Shown: positions 9,995 through 21,314, numbered from the stretch's first letter. The stretch: DNA of 64,000 bases from Candidatus Methanoperedenaceae archaeon (GCA_963753595.1 CAVWCX010000022.1:11821-75820), one strand, 5' to 3'. Numbers and translations: made by a program. The notes: generated by a model not told the origin, from the letters alone.

Positions 9995-10483
9995 TCAACT
10001 ATTGAGTCTCCAGATAAAAAAATTGAAGATCGCAGCAAAACTCACCCAGATTATGTAAGGGATAAGCAAAAGACCTGCGGTTCTTGATACCTTCATGAAA
10101 ATCATTATTGTATATGCTATTGAGATCCACAGGATGGAAATTTCTATCAGCCCGGAAAGCGGGGACCGCAGACCAAAGAACGCTGCCGACCACAAAACAT
10201 TAAGTATCAACTGGACCGCAAAGATGACAAGAGCATTTTTGACCTGTTGATCTTCCAGACCCTTTCTCCATACCAGATAGAGCGAGATACCCATCATCAC
10301 AAAAAGAGTCGTCCATACAGGAAAGAATAACCAGTTGGGGGGAGCAAAAGTTGGCTTGATGAGCGTAGCATACCATGTCGGGATCGCCGGGATCGTGAAA
10401 AATGAACCAAGAAAACCCGCGAAAAGACAAATTGTAATGCTGACGATTAGTTTGACCGACTCGGATGCATTTCTGTTTCTCAT
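9995..10483 (-). CDS. tspO: TspO/MBR family tryptophan-rich sensory protein
   Basis: WYATLIKPTFAPPNWLFFPVWT, LNVLWSAAFFG, LLIPYIIWVSFA. Confidence 0.95.
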   Translation of the reverse strand: MRNRNASESVKLIVSITICLFAGFLGSFFTIPAIPTWYATLIKPTFAPPNWLFFPVWTTLFVMMGISLYLVWRKGLEDQQVKNALVIFAVQLILNVLWSAAFFGLRSPLSGLIEISILWISIAYTIMIFMKVSRTAGLLLIPYIIWVSFAAIFNFFIWRLNS

Positions 10484-10518
10484 GTATTTCTTCCTCTAAC
10501 TTTAAATCGATACATAGC

Positions 10519-11865
10519 CTATCTTCTATCCACCAGGCGCTTTGGTCTACCTTTGATACGATAGAGTTCAAGATCCTGAAGAGCCGCAAAGTTGAAAATT
10601 ATCCTGAACGTTCCATCTGCATACGATTGCTCAAGTAGCGGCTTATATTTGAAAAGCGCCCGCAGGAAGTTATCTTCAATAGCTTTTCGGTCACATGTCT
10701 CCCGGTCAAGACATTCTACGCTTATCCTCAAAATCGTCTCTCCTTCATCATCGCCGCCGTAAAGGAACGCCTCATATTCTCCGGTAAGATATTCCATATT
10801 ATCGCGCTGGAATACTCCCCGTTCCACGTCAACCCGATTAAAGGGCGTTTGTGCGACCCAGAAGGTTTCTGATTCACGCTGGGGATTCGTGATCTTCATA
10901 TGTGTCCTTCCGCATGCGCATTGTTCTCTTTTGACCACAATGCTGGTGTCTTCGGTATCATAGTTCAGCAGCAATGTCCCGGATTTTCCACCCACGGGTA
11001 AAAGCGTAGTAAGTACAACCCTGCCGCATTCCCTGTCGCTTACAAAGTTTTTCAATGCAGGATCATAGATGTCAAGATGAACCAGGTCTTCAGGCACGTG
11101 AAGCCCGCTAAAGTCGGTGCACTCACCGCACATCGTTCCTTCAGTGCTTCCGTAGGTGTTGTAGACCTGGCAACCCCAGACCTCGGCAAGATAAGCACGC
11201 GACTCCTCGGCAAAACTCTCCCCTCCAACGACAAGGCGCTTGATACTTGATTCCTGTGGAGGGATATTTTCGTCTTTCATCTGCCTGGCAAGACCCAGAA
11301 GTTTGAAAACGCTCCCGACAATCCCGGTTGGCTTATAATTCTTTACAACACGGGATGGAAATGTGCATTTACCGATCGGGATGATCGTTAATCCAATTTC
11401 ACGCGCAGCAAGGGTCATTGTATTGGCTCCGATGTTCATGCCGTATGAAGCGCAAACGATCACCCTGTCGCCGGGGCCAAAACCCTGTGAGACAAAGCTC
11501 CTGGCATATTTTTCAGCATACCGTTCCCAATCCTGCCATGTGAGAAAGAATGCTTTTGGGGTTCCGCTTGTTCCTGATGTTTCATGAAGCGTGAAAACCT
11601 CCCTCCAATCTACACACTTGAATTGGAAATCGGCAGTTTCAGGCGGCTGCTGCTCTCTTATTGTTTTTCCTGATATTATGGGTAATTCTCTCAGGTCTTC
11701 GTGTGTGCGCACATCGGATGGATTTATTCTATGCTCCTTGAACCACTTTTTATAGAAAGGCGAGTTTTCTCCGGCATACTTTACTGTATAGCGTATGCGC
11801 TCTTCTATCAGAGCATCCAGATCGCCCCTGCTCATTGTCTCTATTTTTTCATTAAAGAATCCCAT
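10519..11865 (-). CDS. Coenzyme F390 synthetase / phenylacetate-CoA ligase family
   Basis: HETSGTSGTPK adenylation loop, YGSTEG, GRPKRLVDRR terminus. Confidence 0.85.
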   Translation of the reverse strand: MGFFNEKIETMSRGDLDALIEERIRYTVKYAGENSPFYKKWFKEHRINPSDVRTHEDLRELPIISGKTIREQQPPETADFQFKCVDWREVFTLHETSGTSGTPKAFFLTWQDWERYAEKYARSFVSQGFGPGDRVIVCASYGMNIGANTMTLAAREIGLTIIPIGKCTFPSRVVKNYKPTGIVGSVFKLLGLARQMKDENIPPQESSIKRLVVGGESFAEESRAYLAEVWGCQVYNTYGSTEGTMCGECTDFSGLHVPEDLVHLDIYDPALKNFVSDRECGRVVLTTLLPVGGKSGTLLLNYDTEDTSIVVKREQCACGRTHMKITNPQRESETFWVAQTPFNRVDVERGVFQRDNMEYLTGEYEAFLYGGDDEGETILRISVECLDRETCDRKAIEDNFLRALFKYKPLLEQSYADGTFRIIFNFAALQDLELYRIKGRPKRLVDRR

Positions 11866-12033
11866 AACAAATAAAACCCCATGAGTGATATTATTTTCCT
11901 ATTTTATCTTAAGTTCTCCTGTTTGTCTTCTCCCGAATATTCGTAAAACTTCAACTGCCCCTTGCACAGGAGTGCGATAATATCTTAGTTCCGCAATCCA
12001 TTATTTACTATTGTAGCTATAATGTTATAAAGT

Positions 12034-12687
12034 ATGAATGACTGGCCCCCTTCCAACTACCCCATCTTAATTGCGCTTATGCTTCTTGCAGTCACGGCTT
12101 TAACACTTGCTATCGGGGATGATGAACTCGCGCAAGATCTTGCCATTTATGCATATTATTTACTCGTCACAGGTGTAGTAATTCGTTTTTTTGAGCTTGC
12201 ACTGCCCAAATATTCCCTGCAAAAGCATAATCCTCCTGCTATGAAACGAATATCCCTTTTTTCAAATTCCATAAAAAATCATGGATTATTATTTATTCGA
12301 AATATGGGAATCATGCTCAAAAATCTGTACGCCTGGCTGCAATCACATTTATGCAGGGCTATATTCGAAATGAAGGTTAGAATTTCAGGCTTTATAAGGC
12401 AGCATCCTCCTGAATTGATCTTTGTGCGAATTCAAGAGATGATAAGATACTTCAAGCGGCAATTTTTAAAGCTGCGGCGCCTGCATATTGTCAATCCTGG
12501 AAAAAACATTGCCCTGATTTCAGAAATATCCATGAACATCGGGATATTTCTTTCTGTATTCTTTATATTTTCATTAATTTATGGTATAACGATCGACTGG
12601 TGGTTTGTTAAAGGATATTTAAATAACCTGATTTTTGCAATTCTTGGTTGTTTTATACTTTATATATTCTTGAGGGTGCGCTTATAG
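12034..12687 (+). CDS. Hypothetical membrane protein
   Basis: Two N-terminal and two C-terminal hydrophobic helices. Confidence 0.6.
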   Translation: MNDWPPSNYPILIALMLLAVTALTLAIGDDELAQDLAIYAYYLLVTGVVIRFFELALPKYSLQKHNPPAMKRISLFSNSIKNHGLLFIRNMGIMLKNLYAWLQSHLCRAIFEMKVRISGFIRQHPPELIFVRIQEMIRYFKRQFLKLRRLHIVNPGKNIALISEISMNIGIFLSVFFIFSLIYGITIDWWFVKGYLNNLIFAILGCFILYIFLRVRL

Positions 12688-14891
12688 CTGGTTTATTTCA
12701 AAATGACGATAATTGGAATATAGCGTTAACTATATCATTATTGCAGGGAAGTTTTAACGAAATGACTGGCTGGACGGATTATATTTTAGAGGATAAGCAA
12801 AATTTGCTCTCTAAACACTATCTTTGTTATTTTGTCTTTTCACTACTTTCCATGGCGCTGGTCTGGAACCTTGCATCTTCGGGTTACGTTTTAACCCTGG
12901 ATATGATATTTACACACGATACTTTCCGGATATCTGATCCGTTTTACGGATTGAGCGACCAATATTCAGTTTTACCTCTTTATGCATTTCTTGATTTTCT
13001 CGGTATTTTTCTCTCAAATGAATTCATTCAAAAATTGCTTTTTTTCCTTGTTTTTTTTGTTTCGGGTATTTCGATGTACAAACTCTGTCCCGAAGAATGG
13101 GGGACAGGAAGATATTTTGCCGGCTTTTTGTATATGATCAATCCTTTTATCTATGTCAGGTTCCTGGCAGGGCACTGGCTGATCCTGCTTGCTTATGCAG
13201 TCTCACCGATCGTTATTCGATCATTCATGGATTTTTTCGACTCCCCTTCCACTAAAAGATCATTATACGCAGCATTTCTTATAACGGTTGTATTTTTTAT
13301 TGATACTCATACACCATTCCTTTTGTTGATCGTTTTTTGCGTTTTTTATATTGTAAAAATTATGGAATCCGGAAAAAATGCGAAAAGGATCATTGAAATA
13401 TCAAAAAGATCGCTTTTGATCGGTTTTTTCCTGTTATTGCTTAACTCATACTGGCTTGTCCCGGGTTTTACAGGAAATAACACACCTCTTTCTGAGATCA
13501 CAAGTTCTGATCTTTATACTTTTACGACCAGGCATGATGTCAACTTCAACACGCTCTTTACCACGGCCTCAATGTACGGTTTCTGGCGGGGCGGCTACCT
13601 GTATGCAAAAGACCAGCTGCCGTACTGGCACTTCTTTTTCATCTTCATATTATTCCTTGCAGTTCATGGTTTTGTTTCAAACTACAGGCATCCAGAGCAT
13701 GGTATCTATGTCAGGGCATTCGGAATAGTTGCAGTCCTGTCGGTCTTGCTTGCCGCCGGTATTTCAGGCCCGCTTGGAGACGCGTTCGAATTTCTCTTTA
13801 ACAACGTATTCTTCTTTAAAGGATTCAGGGAACCCCAGAAATTTGTGGCGCTTCTTGTAATGGCTTATGCATACTTAGGCGGGCTGGGGGTGGCGGAACT
13901 GGAAAAGAATGCCAAAACAAAAAGCAGCGATGCACCTAAGAATTTCGGGACGTGGCTCCTGGTCGCTCTTGCACTTTTTACTCCATTTATCTATTCCTTC
14001 ACCATTTTCGATGGCTTCCATGGCCAGCTTAAAACCACTGACTATCCAAAAGACTGGTACGCTGTCAACGATTTCCTTAATGAGGATAAACAAGACTTTA
14101 ATATATTGTTCATGCCATGGCACCTCTACATGGACTTCAAGTGGCTTCCAACTCCCCAGAAACGCATTGCAAATCCGGCAGGTATCTTTTTTGATAAACC
14201 TGTGATCCAGGGGGAAAATATGGAGGCTGGGGCGATCTATAGTTCTTCTTCAAACCCAGTTACAAAGTACATCGAGTTCCTGTTAGGAAAGAAAGATAAA
14301 ATAGAGAATTTCGGGGGACTTGTTGCGCCGCTTAATGTTAAATATATAATTCTCACAAAAGAAGTTGACTATGAACAATATGATTTTCTATATAAACAAA
14401 AGGACCTGGAGATGGTAAAAGATACTGAAAATCTTGTTGTTTTCAGGAACAGGCATCCTGTCTCCAGGTTTTATGAGGCTGACGGAGTGATCACCATAAA
14501 AGATTGGGAGGAATTGCTTGACCTTGGAAAGACACATGACCTGACTTCCTTTGCCATCGTGGTCGGGAATGAGACAAATATACATGCATCGAAGGGGCAG
14601 GCTCTTAATTATATTATTGAGTCTCCGGTTAAGTATTTACTCGATCAGCCTTCGAAACGCTATATTGTTTTTTCCCGGAGGTATTCAGAAGACTGGAAGC
14701 TTGATGGAAAGACTCCTTTTGCGAACTTTGGAGTAACGAACGCTTATGATACTTCCGACATCAAAGGAAGTACCTTGTACTATGAAAGATTTAATATTTA
14801 TTTAATTGGATATATTATATCAGGAATTGCCTTCATATTTTTGATGATCTTATATTTTAATGAAAAAATCCGCGAAATATCTGGCTTCTAG
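12648..14891 (+). CDS. Polytopic membrane protein, GT-C-like glycosyltransferase (likely start ATG 12762)
   Basis: Many TM helices, YMINPFIYVRFLAGHW, GFREPQKF, C-terminal soluble domain; convergent with a flippase. Confidence 0.65.
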   Translation: MFYTLYILEGALIAGLFQNDDNWNIALTISLLQGSFNEMTGWTDYILEDKQNLLSKHYLCYFVFSLLSMALVWNLASSGYVLTLDMIFTHDTFRISDPFYGLSDQYSVLPLYAFLDFLGIFLSNEFIQKLLFFLVFFVSGISMYKLCPEEWGTGRYFAGFLYMINPFIYVRFLAGHWLILLAYAVSPIVIRSFMDFFDSPSTKRSLYAAFLITVVFFIDTHTPFLLLIVFCVFYIVKIMESGKNAKRIIEISKRSLLIGFFLLLLNSYWLVPGFTGNNTPLSEITSSDLYTFTTRHDVNFNTLFTTASMYGFWRGGYLYAKDQLPYWHFFFIFILFLAVHGFVSNYRHPEHGIYVRAFGIVAVLSVLLAAGISGPLGDAFEFLFNNVFFFKGFREPQKFVALLVMAYAYLGGLGVAELEKNAKTKSSDAPKNFGTWLLVALALFTPFIYSFTIFDGFHGQLKTTDYPKDWYAVNDFLNEDKQDFNILFMPWHLYMDFKWLPTPQKRIANPAGIFFDKPVIQGENMEAGAIYSSSSNPVTKYIEFLLGKKDKIENFGGLVAPLNVKYIILTKEVDYEQYDFLYKQKDLEMVKDTENLVVFRNRHPVSRFYEADGVITIKDWEELLDLGKTHDLTSFAIVVGNETNIHASKGQALNYIIESPVKYLLDQPSKRYIVFSRRYSEDWKLDGKTPFANFGVTNAYDTSDIKGSTLYYERFNIYLIGYIISGIAFIFLMILYFNEKIREISGF

Positions 14892-16141
14892 AATCTTTTT
14901 TCAGAGAAACATATGCCGACGAACAATATTGCCATCAAGGCAAAGAGTATCCTGACAACAGATAATGAACTATCATGAAACATGGAGATCAGTGCAACTT
15001 CCATGACCGAAACAGCGCCCAGAATATACAAAAACCTGTATTTGCGTGTTGCAAGATCATAGAAAACAAAGGTGTTCGAAAGTGAGAACAAAGCCATGCC
15101 CGCTGCAAAATAAACAAGCAGGCCGTTTATTTCCACGAATTCAGGACCAAATAATAGTTTCACAATGAATTCCGGGGCAATGATGAATAATAAAACGATA
15201 AAAAACGATATACTGCCTGTATATAATAAACTGTTCCTGAGAAGATTACTTCCATCATGATTCTTTTGATCCATCACGGTTGCTTTTGGGAACATGACCA
15301 TAGCGATTGGCGCGGTAGCAAATAATACGATCTTTCCCAGAAGAGCTGCGGCAGCATAATATCCCGCCTCTTTGTCGCTCAAATAGTGTTTTACGATGAG
15401 CATATCAACATTCGTCACGAAAGTAAGCCCGATGGTTGCCAGAAGTACGATCATAGAGTAATTCAATAATTTGATATTGCCATTCACTTCTTTACTCCCT
15501 TTTAGAAAATGCAATGGCATAAAAGCAAGTAAGAGCCCCAGAAGTGATCCAATGAACACTGCAAGTAATGCGCCGTTTACCCCGAAGCCGAAATAAACTA
15601 AAATTACTCCTGAAAGCAACTTGAAAAACGTGCCTGCAACACTATTTATTCCCATCTGCGAGAACATTTGCATACCCTGTAAAGTGCCAGTCAATACTGG
15701 TGCGAGAAAAGAAATAAAGAGTAAAACAGATAATATGAAAAAATACATCTTTGAATCTATCTTCAGGAAATCTGCTATGAAGAAGCTCAATATAAAAAAT
15801 ATGACCGATACCGGTAATGATATAAGAGTGAGTTTCCGGAATACATACTTCAACAGGTATTTTATCTTTTCAGGCTCCCAGCTGTGATCTGATACCAGTT
15901 TTGCAACAGCTGTCTGGATCGTGGATGACGGTACTGACATTATATAGAGCAGCGCCACAAGAGAACTGTAAATACCATAATCAGATGGCCCAAGCATTCT
16001 TCCAACATAAAGCTGGAATAAATAATTCAATAATCCTGTCATAATAGAAGCTGCAAACAGGATAGTGCTGTGTTTTAAAAGATCGTTGCTTTTAAAAAGT
16101 TTGATGAAATCCATAAAATGATACATAAATTCCTGTTCCAC
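14888..16141 (-). CDS. Wzx-like oligosaccharide flippase
   Basis: GRMLGPSDYGIY, DMLIVKHYL...AGYYAAA, ~12 TM helices. Confidence 0.9.
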   Translation of the reverse strand: MEQEFMYHFMDFIKLFKSNDLLKHSTILFAASIMTGLLNYLFQLYVGRMLGPSDYGIYSSLVALLYIMSVPSSTIQTAVAKLVSDHSWEPEKIKYLLKYVFRKLTLISLPVSVIFFILSFFIADFLKIDSKMYFFILSVLLFISFLAPVLTGTLQGMQMFSQMGINSVAGTFFKLLSGVILVYFGFGVNGALLAVFIGSLLGLLLAFMPLHFLKGSKEVNGNIKLLNYSMIVLLATIGLTFVTNVDMLIVKHYLSDKEAGYYAAAALLGKIVLFATAPIAMVMFPKATVMDQKNHDGSNLLRNSLLYTGSISFFIVLLFIIAPEFIVKLLFGPEFVEINGLLVYFAAGMALFSLSNTFVFYDLATRKYRFLYILGAVSVMEVALISMFHDSSLSVVRILFALMAILFVGICFSEKRF

Positions 16142-16269
16142 GCTTAAATGTTGGTTAAGAAAGCCCAGATAATTATTAAATTATAAATATTATATAGAAA
16201 AACAAGTACAAGTAAAATGTTTATATACTATTCATATAGTTAAATCCCTAATTCGATAAAAAAACAACT

Positions 16270-17586
16270 ATGGAAAATAACAAACCATTTATTAAAAGTG
16301 CAGTAATTACAATTATAGTCATTGCTTTCCTGGTTTTTTCAGGGCATATAGCGCAAGCGGTAAAAATTACCTTAAATGCAGATAAAACCGAGGTAATAGC
16401 AGGTGATTTTACCGATAATCAAATTAAATTCACAATATGGGTGAATTTATCCAACCCTGATGCATATGTTCCTTTGCAGCAGATCTATCTGAATTTGACC
16501 GGAAATTCCCCGAGACAATTCTCATTCGATTTAAATGGAGCTAATATTGTTGGTAATGAAAATGGAGAAATGACCGTATTAAGAGGTGAAGGTTCTCTAA
16601 CAGATTACTATGGTTTCGGACCAGGGATTGGATATGATTTTAATGATGGTTCAAATACTGCTTTTGGAGATACATCCGGTTATGTGCCTCCATTTAACAT
16701 GTCCTATGTTATAACCCTTAATACATCAAATATGTCTGAAGGGGATTATAATGCCCAAACCAATGTTTATGCCGAAGGTAGCAATGAACAAACACATAGT
16801 TTTTCCTCAACATCATTTCCCTTCAAGATACATCCCAGAGGCTATAAGTATCCAGTGCTAACCACCAGCTCCGGCGGAGGCGGCGGGGGAGGAGGAGGTG
16901 GCGGTTTATCAGGGGAGAACATATCCAATATTGAGTTAATAGAAAAATATGACCTCCAGATATCAAAGGATGTGACAACATCCTACAGGTTTACACACGT
17001 GAAGAATCCCATAATGTTCGTCAATATAACCGGCAATACCACCCTGGGTGTAATCACGGCTTCTGAGGAAGTATTGAAAAGTACATCAGCCCTCGTAAAG
17101 ACCCCGCCTGGAGGTCTTGTTTATAAAAACATCAACATCTGGGTGGGAACATCGGGCTTTGCAACACCAAAGAACATAAAGGAAGCTTCCATCAAATTCA
17201 GGGTAGATAATGCCTGGATGAACACCAACAGTGTTACAAATAGCGATATCATTCTGGTGAAATGGAATGGGGATAGCTGGATAGAACTTGAAACAACGGT
17301 ATTGTCAAAAGATGACACAAACACATTTTTTGAAGGAAGGACAAACGCATTTTCACCGTTTGCTATAACTGTGAAAACGGATGGAGTAAAATCTTCACCC
17401 GGTCTTGAAATCCCACAACAGCCTGGAGCCACAATACGGAATCCTGATGAAAAACAGCCTGCAGAAACACCGATAATTTCACGGATCGCATCGTCAGGGA
17501 TGATCTCGACATGGTCTATGATATTGATTATATTAATTATCAATATAATTATAGTTGCAATGTACTTCTTATGGATGAAAAAATAG
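16270..17586 (+). CDS. Cell-surface protein with PGF-pre-PGF domain
   Basis: Signal peptide, poly-Gly linker, then GENISNIELIEK...VYKNINIWVG...FSPFAI, C-terminal TM helix plus KK. Confidence 0.85.
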   Translation: MENNKPFIKSAVITIIVIAFLVFSGHIAQAVKITLNADKTEVIAGDFTDNQIKFTIWVNLSNPDAYVPLQQIYLNLTGNSPRQFSFDLNGANIVGNENGEMTVLRGEGSLTDYYGFGPGIGYDFNDGSNTAFGDTSGYVPPFNMSYVITLNTSNMSEGDYNAQTNVYAEGSNEQTHSFSSTSFPFKIHPRGYKYPVLTTSSGGGGGGGGGGGLSGENISNIELIEKYDLQISKDVTTSYRFTHVKNPIMFVNITGNTTLGVITASEEVLKSTSALVKTPPGGLVYKNINIWVGTSGFATPKNIKEASIKFRVDNAWMNTNSVTNSDIILVKWNGDSWIELETTVLSKDDTNTFFEGRTNAFSPFAITVKTDGVKSSPGLEIPQQPGATIRNPDEKQPAETPIISRIASSGMISTWSMILIILIINIIIVAMYFLWMKK

Positions 17587-17604
17587 ATGTATTTCGCCAG
17601 GAAA

Positions 17605-17633
17605 AGTGAGGGGATTTTGACAGTCCCCTCACT
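17605..17633. terminator. Inverted repeat between convergent genes
   Basis: AGTGAGGGGA-N9-TCCCCTCACT, perfect 10-bp stem. Confidence 0.6.
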
Positions 17634-19130
17634 CTAATACGTTTTTGCCATTATAGCAATATTTTCCGTCTCTTTCTTACACACAGGACAAATTCCCTTT
17701 CCTTTCCCGATTTCACCCTCAGGTATCCCTAATATCCCGGCGCCAACAGCTTCTTCCATGGCAAGTCCGCATTCACGATCACCGCACCACGGTATCTTAG
17801 CTATGCCATTAGATATCTTCTCTTTCACTTCTTCAATTGTCGTGCATGCGATCAAACGTTCATCCAGAGATTTCTTTGCCTTCAAGTAAAGGTCCTCGTG
17901 GATTGCGAAAAATCGTTTTTCGATTTCAGCTTCGATATATATCAATGGTACGTTTTCCTTGTTCCCGCTGTCTCTTCTCACAACTGTGGCTGCATTATTC
18001 TTAAGGTCGCGCGGGCCGATCTCAACTCTTAACGGAACACCCTTCAGTTCCCATTTATAATACTTTGCCCCCGGGCGCTCATCGGTTTCATCAAGGGTGA
18101 CCCTTATATTTTTCGCTTTTAACCGCTGGGCAACATCACGGCATGCATTCAATGTCTCATTAGGATTACCGTGTAATATCATTGTTGTCTTATCGCTCTT
18201 CCCGAATAATATCGGGATAATGACGACCTGAATGGGTGCGATCTCCGGCGGGAATACCAGGCCTTTATCGTCCCCATGTAATGATATCAACGCCGCGATA
18301 CTTCGCTCTGAAACACCATAACATGTCTGGTGCGCCAGCACCTGTTCGCCGTTTATATCCTCGTATTTGATATCAAATGTCTTTGCGAAATTGCTTCCCA
18401 GGTGATGCGCTGTCCCGATCTGGAGGGTCTTATTATCCGGCATCAGTGTATCCACAGCCATTGTATAGTCAGCGCCGGGGAATTTATCCCAGTCCGGGCG
18501 TTTTGAGACAATGGTCGGGATCGCAAGTCTCCTGTAGAATTCCTGGTATATCCTTGTGGCTTCCTTTACCTGGTCAGCAGCTTCATCCCATGTTGCATGA
18601 ACAGTGTGCGCTTCTTTAAAAGATGTTATTTCACGAAGGCGAATAAGGGGGCGCGTGTGCTTTGTTTCATACCTGAAGGTATTTACGATCTGGTATATCT
18701 TGATGGGAAGATCCGCGTGTGAGCGCACCCATACTTTATACATCGGATAAATGGCTGTCTCACTTGTCGGACGAAGAGCAAGCTTCATATCCAGTTCATT
18801 CTTTCCGCCGTGTGTGACCCAGTAAACTTCATTTTCAAAACCTTTAATATGTTCTGCTTCCTTCATGAATTCGTTCTCAGGGATTAGAAGTGGAAAAAGA
18901 GCTTCCTTATGGTCTTTATCCAGGAGTTCACGAATTATCGCATAAGTTCGTTTTCGTACATCGAACCCGAACGGGAACCAGACATAAAGCCCTTTTACAG
19001 GATACCTGACATCCATTATTTCCGCCATTAGAAGTAGTTCATTATACCATTCACTGAAATTTGATTTTGTGGGAAGAACAGGTTTTTTTTCCTGTGTTGC
19101 TTTATCTTTTGTTTCTGCCATGGATGTCAC
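17634..19130 (-). CDS. proS: Prolyl-tRNA synthetase (archaeal type)
   Basis: [31 protein letters not shown], terminal AKTY. Confidence 0.97.
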   Translation of the reverse strand: MTSMAETKDKATQEKKPVLPTKSNFSEWYNELLLMAEIMDVRYPVKGLYVWFPFGFDVRKRTYAIIRELLDKDHKEALFPLLIPENEFMKEAEHIKGFENEVYWVTHGGKNELDMKLALRPTSETAIYPMYKVWVRSHADLPIKIYQIVNTFRYETKHTRPLIRLREITSFKEAHTVHATWDEAADQVKEATRIYQEFYRRLAIPTIVSKRPDWDKFPGADYTMAVDTLMPDNKTLQIGTAHHLGSNFAKTFDIKYEDINGEQVLAHQTCYGVSERSIAALISLHGDDKGLVFPPEIAPIQVVIIPILFGKSDKTTMILHGNPNETLNACRDVAQRLKAKNIRVTLDETDERPGAKYYKWELKGVPLRVEIGPRDLKNNAATVVRRDSGNKENVPLIYIEAEIEKRFFAIHEDLYLKAKKSLDERLIACTTIEEVKEKISNGIAKIPWCGDRECGLAMEEAVGAGILGIPEGEIGKGKGICPVCKKETENIAIMAKTY

Positions 19131-19214
19131 CGGTTGGATTGTGCTACTATAGTTTTATGGGCTATAAATTTTATTAATGGGAAAAACACTTTCCTGCAAT
19201 AGTGTGGGACAAAT

Positions 19215-19637
19215 CTATATAAAAAATATATTCTTCAAATCTTTAAAATGAGGGTCGCAACTGACAACTTTGCAGCCCATTCTTTGTTGTTGTGCAATGA
19301 TAAGAGCATCTATCATTCCAAAGCCTTTCTTTGTTTTCCTGATTTCACTTCGAATCACCGCAGCTTCCAGCCAATCCTGGGTCAAAATGCACCTGATATC
19401 GGAAACTTTCCGTACAATGGTATACAGTTCCTCAAAATCCACAATTTCTCTTATGGCCCAGCCTTTTATTTCAGCCAGGCAGCATTCGGGAGTGAGGATA
19501 ATATTATTCTCATCCTCAATTATTTTTTTAACCTCTTCTCCTCTTTTTGAACCTGTGAAATATTCAATCCAGGCATATGTATCGATCAAATACACAATAT
19601 CACCAGAGGTCTTCATGCTCAGGTTCTTCTCTTTCAA
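19215..19637 (-). CDS. VapC/PIN toxin
   Basis: LIDTYAWIEY, GMIDALI, VSCDPHF. Confidence 0.9.
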   Translation of the reverse strand: MKEKNLSMKTSGDIVYLIDTYAWIEYFTGSKRGEEVKKIIEDENNIILTPECCLAEIKGWAIREIVDFEELYTIVRKVSDIRCILTQDWLEAAVIRSEIRKTKKGFGMIDALIIAQQQRMGCKVVSCDPHFKDLKNIFFI

Positions 19638-19806
19638 ACGGTTTTTTCCCCGCCGCTATGCCAAACCCGCTTACTTTTTCTTTTTTTAAAATATTGATAT
19701 CGATTAGATCCTTTTCAGATAATCCTAACTCAGCTACTTTATCTTTAGGGATGACCACTCCAAAGGAATTACCCCATTTTCTAACTTCTACTGTGGCATG
19801 GCACAT
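19600..19806 (-). CDS. AbrB/MazE-type antitoxin
   Basis: VRKWGNSFGVVIPK; immediately upstream of the PIN gene. Confidence 0.9.
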   Translation of the reverse strand: MCHATVEVRKWGNSFGVVIPKDKVAELGLSEKDLIDINILKKEKVSGFGIAAGKKPFEREEPEHEDLW

Positions 19807-19857
19807 AGATATATTGATGTAATTTTTGATATATAAGTTATACTATAGTGTATAACT

Positions 19858-20775
19858 TCATGCAAGAAGTTTTGAATATCTCTTAAACATCATAGCTTCC
19901 ACCTTGCTGATATCAAGCAGCCTGATAAGCATCTTTATATCCTTTTCATCAACCGGAAAACCGGGAACCATTGCATCCCCTTTATAAAAAATCGTCCCTC
20001 CTTTCATATTTGCGCCTAAAAAACCTTTAGCTTTCCAGCTTATTATAAGCACCCCATCTTTCATATATGCACCCGCGAACTCTCCCGTATTCCCTGCAAC
20101 GATAGTCCCGCCGCGCAGAAGTACAGAAGTGTTCAAACCTGCATCCCCTTCAATCCTGACAAAACCCCGCTTCATCAGTATCCCTGTGCTCATTCCCGCA
20201 TTGCCTTCCACAAAGACCAACATGTCAGAATCAAGGCGGGCAGCGATCGTATCACGGATAATCCCATCTCTTAAGTATAAGCGGCCATTTTCCATAATAT
20301 TCGGGGAAAGGATTTTTTTATTTGAAACTTCAGAAAGGAGATCTGTAATAGACATGAATTTTCGAAAGCCTGGGCGGTCAGATCCAACCTCTAAAACATT
20401 TCCCATTGGTTGTTTGACATTACCTTTTACATAGATCGCCCCGGATACCATACTGATACCCATCCGCGTATCAACATCCCCATCAACTATTATCGAGCCT
20501 GTCTTTATGGTTTTTCCCATGCCCCCGAAAAACTTAAGATCAACCCCGAGGCTGCTTCCAAGCCTTTTGCCTGCATTGCCTTTTAATGTCACATCTTCTC
20601 CATTCCTTAAAGCAAAAACAAGGTCCTGGTAGATATATGATGTGCCGGCCTGGTGCGGGACAACTGTGGACGGAGAAAGCCTGCTGCCCCCGTGCTGCCA
20701 GAAAAAATCATATGTGAAATCACATAAGCAATCAACCGGATAAGATAGTTCAAGGATCACAAAGGATAAATTCAC
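19858..20775 (-). CDS. FwdC/GltB-III-like GXGXG beta-helix protein
   Basis: Repeated GNAG..G..M.GG.I units. Confidence 0.75.
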   Translation of the reverse strand: MNLSFVILELSYPVDCLCDFTYDFFWQHGGSRLSPSTVVPHQAGTSYIYQDLVFALRNGEDVTLKGNAGKRLGSSLGVDLKFFGGMGKTIKTGSIIVDGDVDTRMGISMVSGAIYVKGNVKQPMGNVLEVGSDRPGFRKFMSITDLLSEVSNKKILSPNIMENGRLYLRDGIIRDTIAARLDSDMLVFVEGNAGMSTGILMKRGFVRIEGDAGLNTSVLLRGGTIVAGNTGEFAGAYMKDGVLIISWKAKGFLGANMKGGTIFYKGDAMVPGFPVDEKDIKMLIRLLDISKVEAMMFKRYSKLLA

Positions 20776-21314
20776 TTTAAAGTAGATGAATATTTATTAT
20801 TCAATCCCTTTATCCGGTTTGAAAAAGAATTTTGTGCTTTGGTCTTTGTATAATTATCTATCATCGTACCGGTAAATGTGAATACTAATAAAACCAAAAG
20901 GTAAATTGTATTGATCTCCGTGGGGCTCATATATGAAAGACCGGATATTGCCTGGATATTTGCGCGGATAGCCATTAGCCCTAATACTATCATTGATGCC
21001 AGTATCCCATTTATGAACCAGAAGCTGTCTTTGACTTTCGTTGAGGCGATCATAAGAGGAATAATTATTAACCATAACTTGGCTGCAATAAGTCCTGATA
21101 GCCCATAATTAAAATAGATATATTGGATCAATGGGTTAGATTCAATCCCCACTCCTTTTGAATCCATCATAATAGCAGCTGTAACAGTATCTCCTATGTC
21201 GAATGTAATGAAAACGCAAAAATAAAGAAAATGCTGAAAATTTAATCGCCTGTAAACATATCCGAAAAGAAGTTTGATAAAACCAAATTCAGATTCTTGT
21301 TTGTTTTCAATCAT
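20772..21314 (-). CDS. Membrane protein (DUF5658-like)
   Basis: GDTVT...ESNPL...AAKL pattern with TM helices. Confidence 0.6.
   Translation of the reverse strand: MIENKQESEFGFIKLLFGYVYRRLNFQHFLYFCVFITFDIGDTVTAAIMMDSKGVGIESNPLIQYIYFNYGLSGLIAAKLWLIIIPLMIASTKVKDSFWFINGILASMIVLGLMAIRANIQAISGLSYMSPTEINTIYLLVLLVFTFTGTMIDNYTKTKAQNSFSNRIKGLNNKYSSTLK

Noticed and set aside
16873-16905. G-rich tract
   Set aside because: It encodes the poly-Gly linker that precedes PGF-pre-PGF domains.
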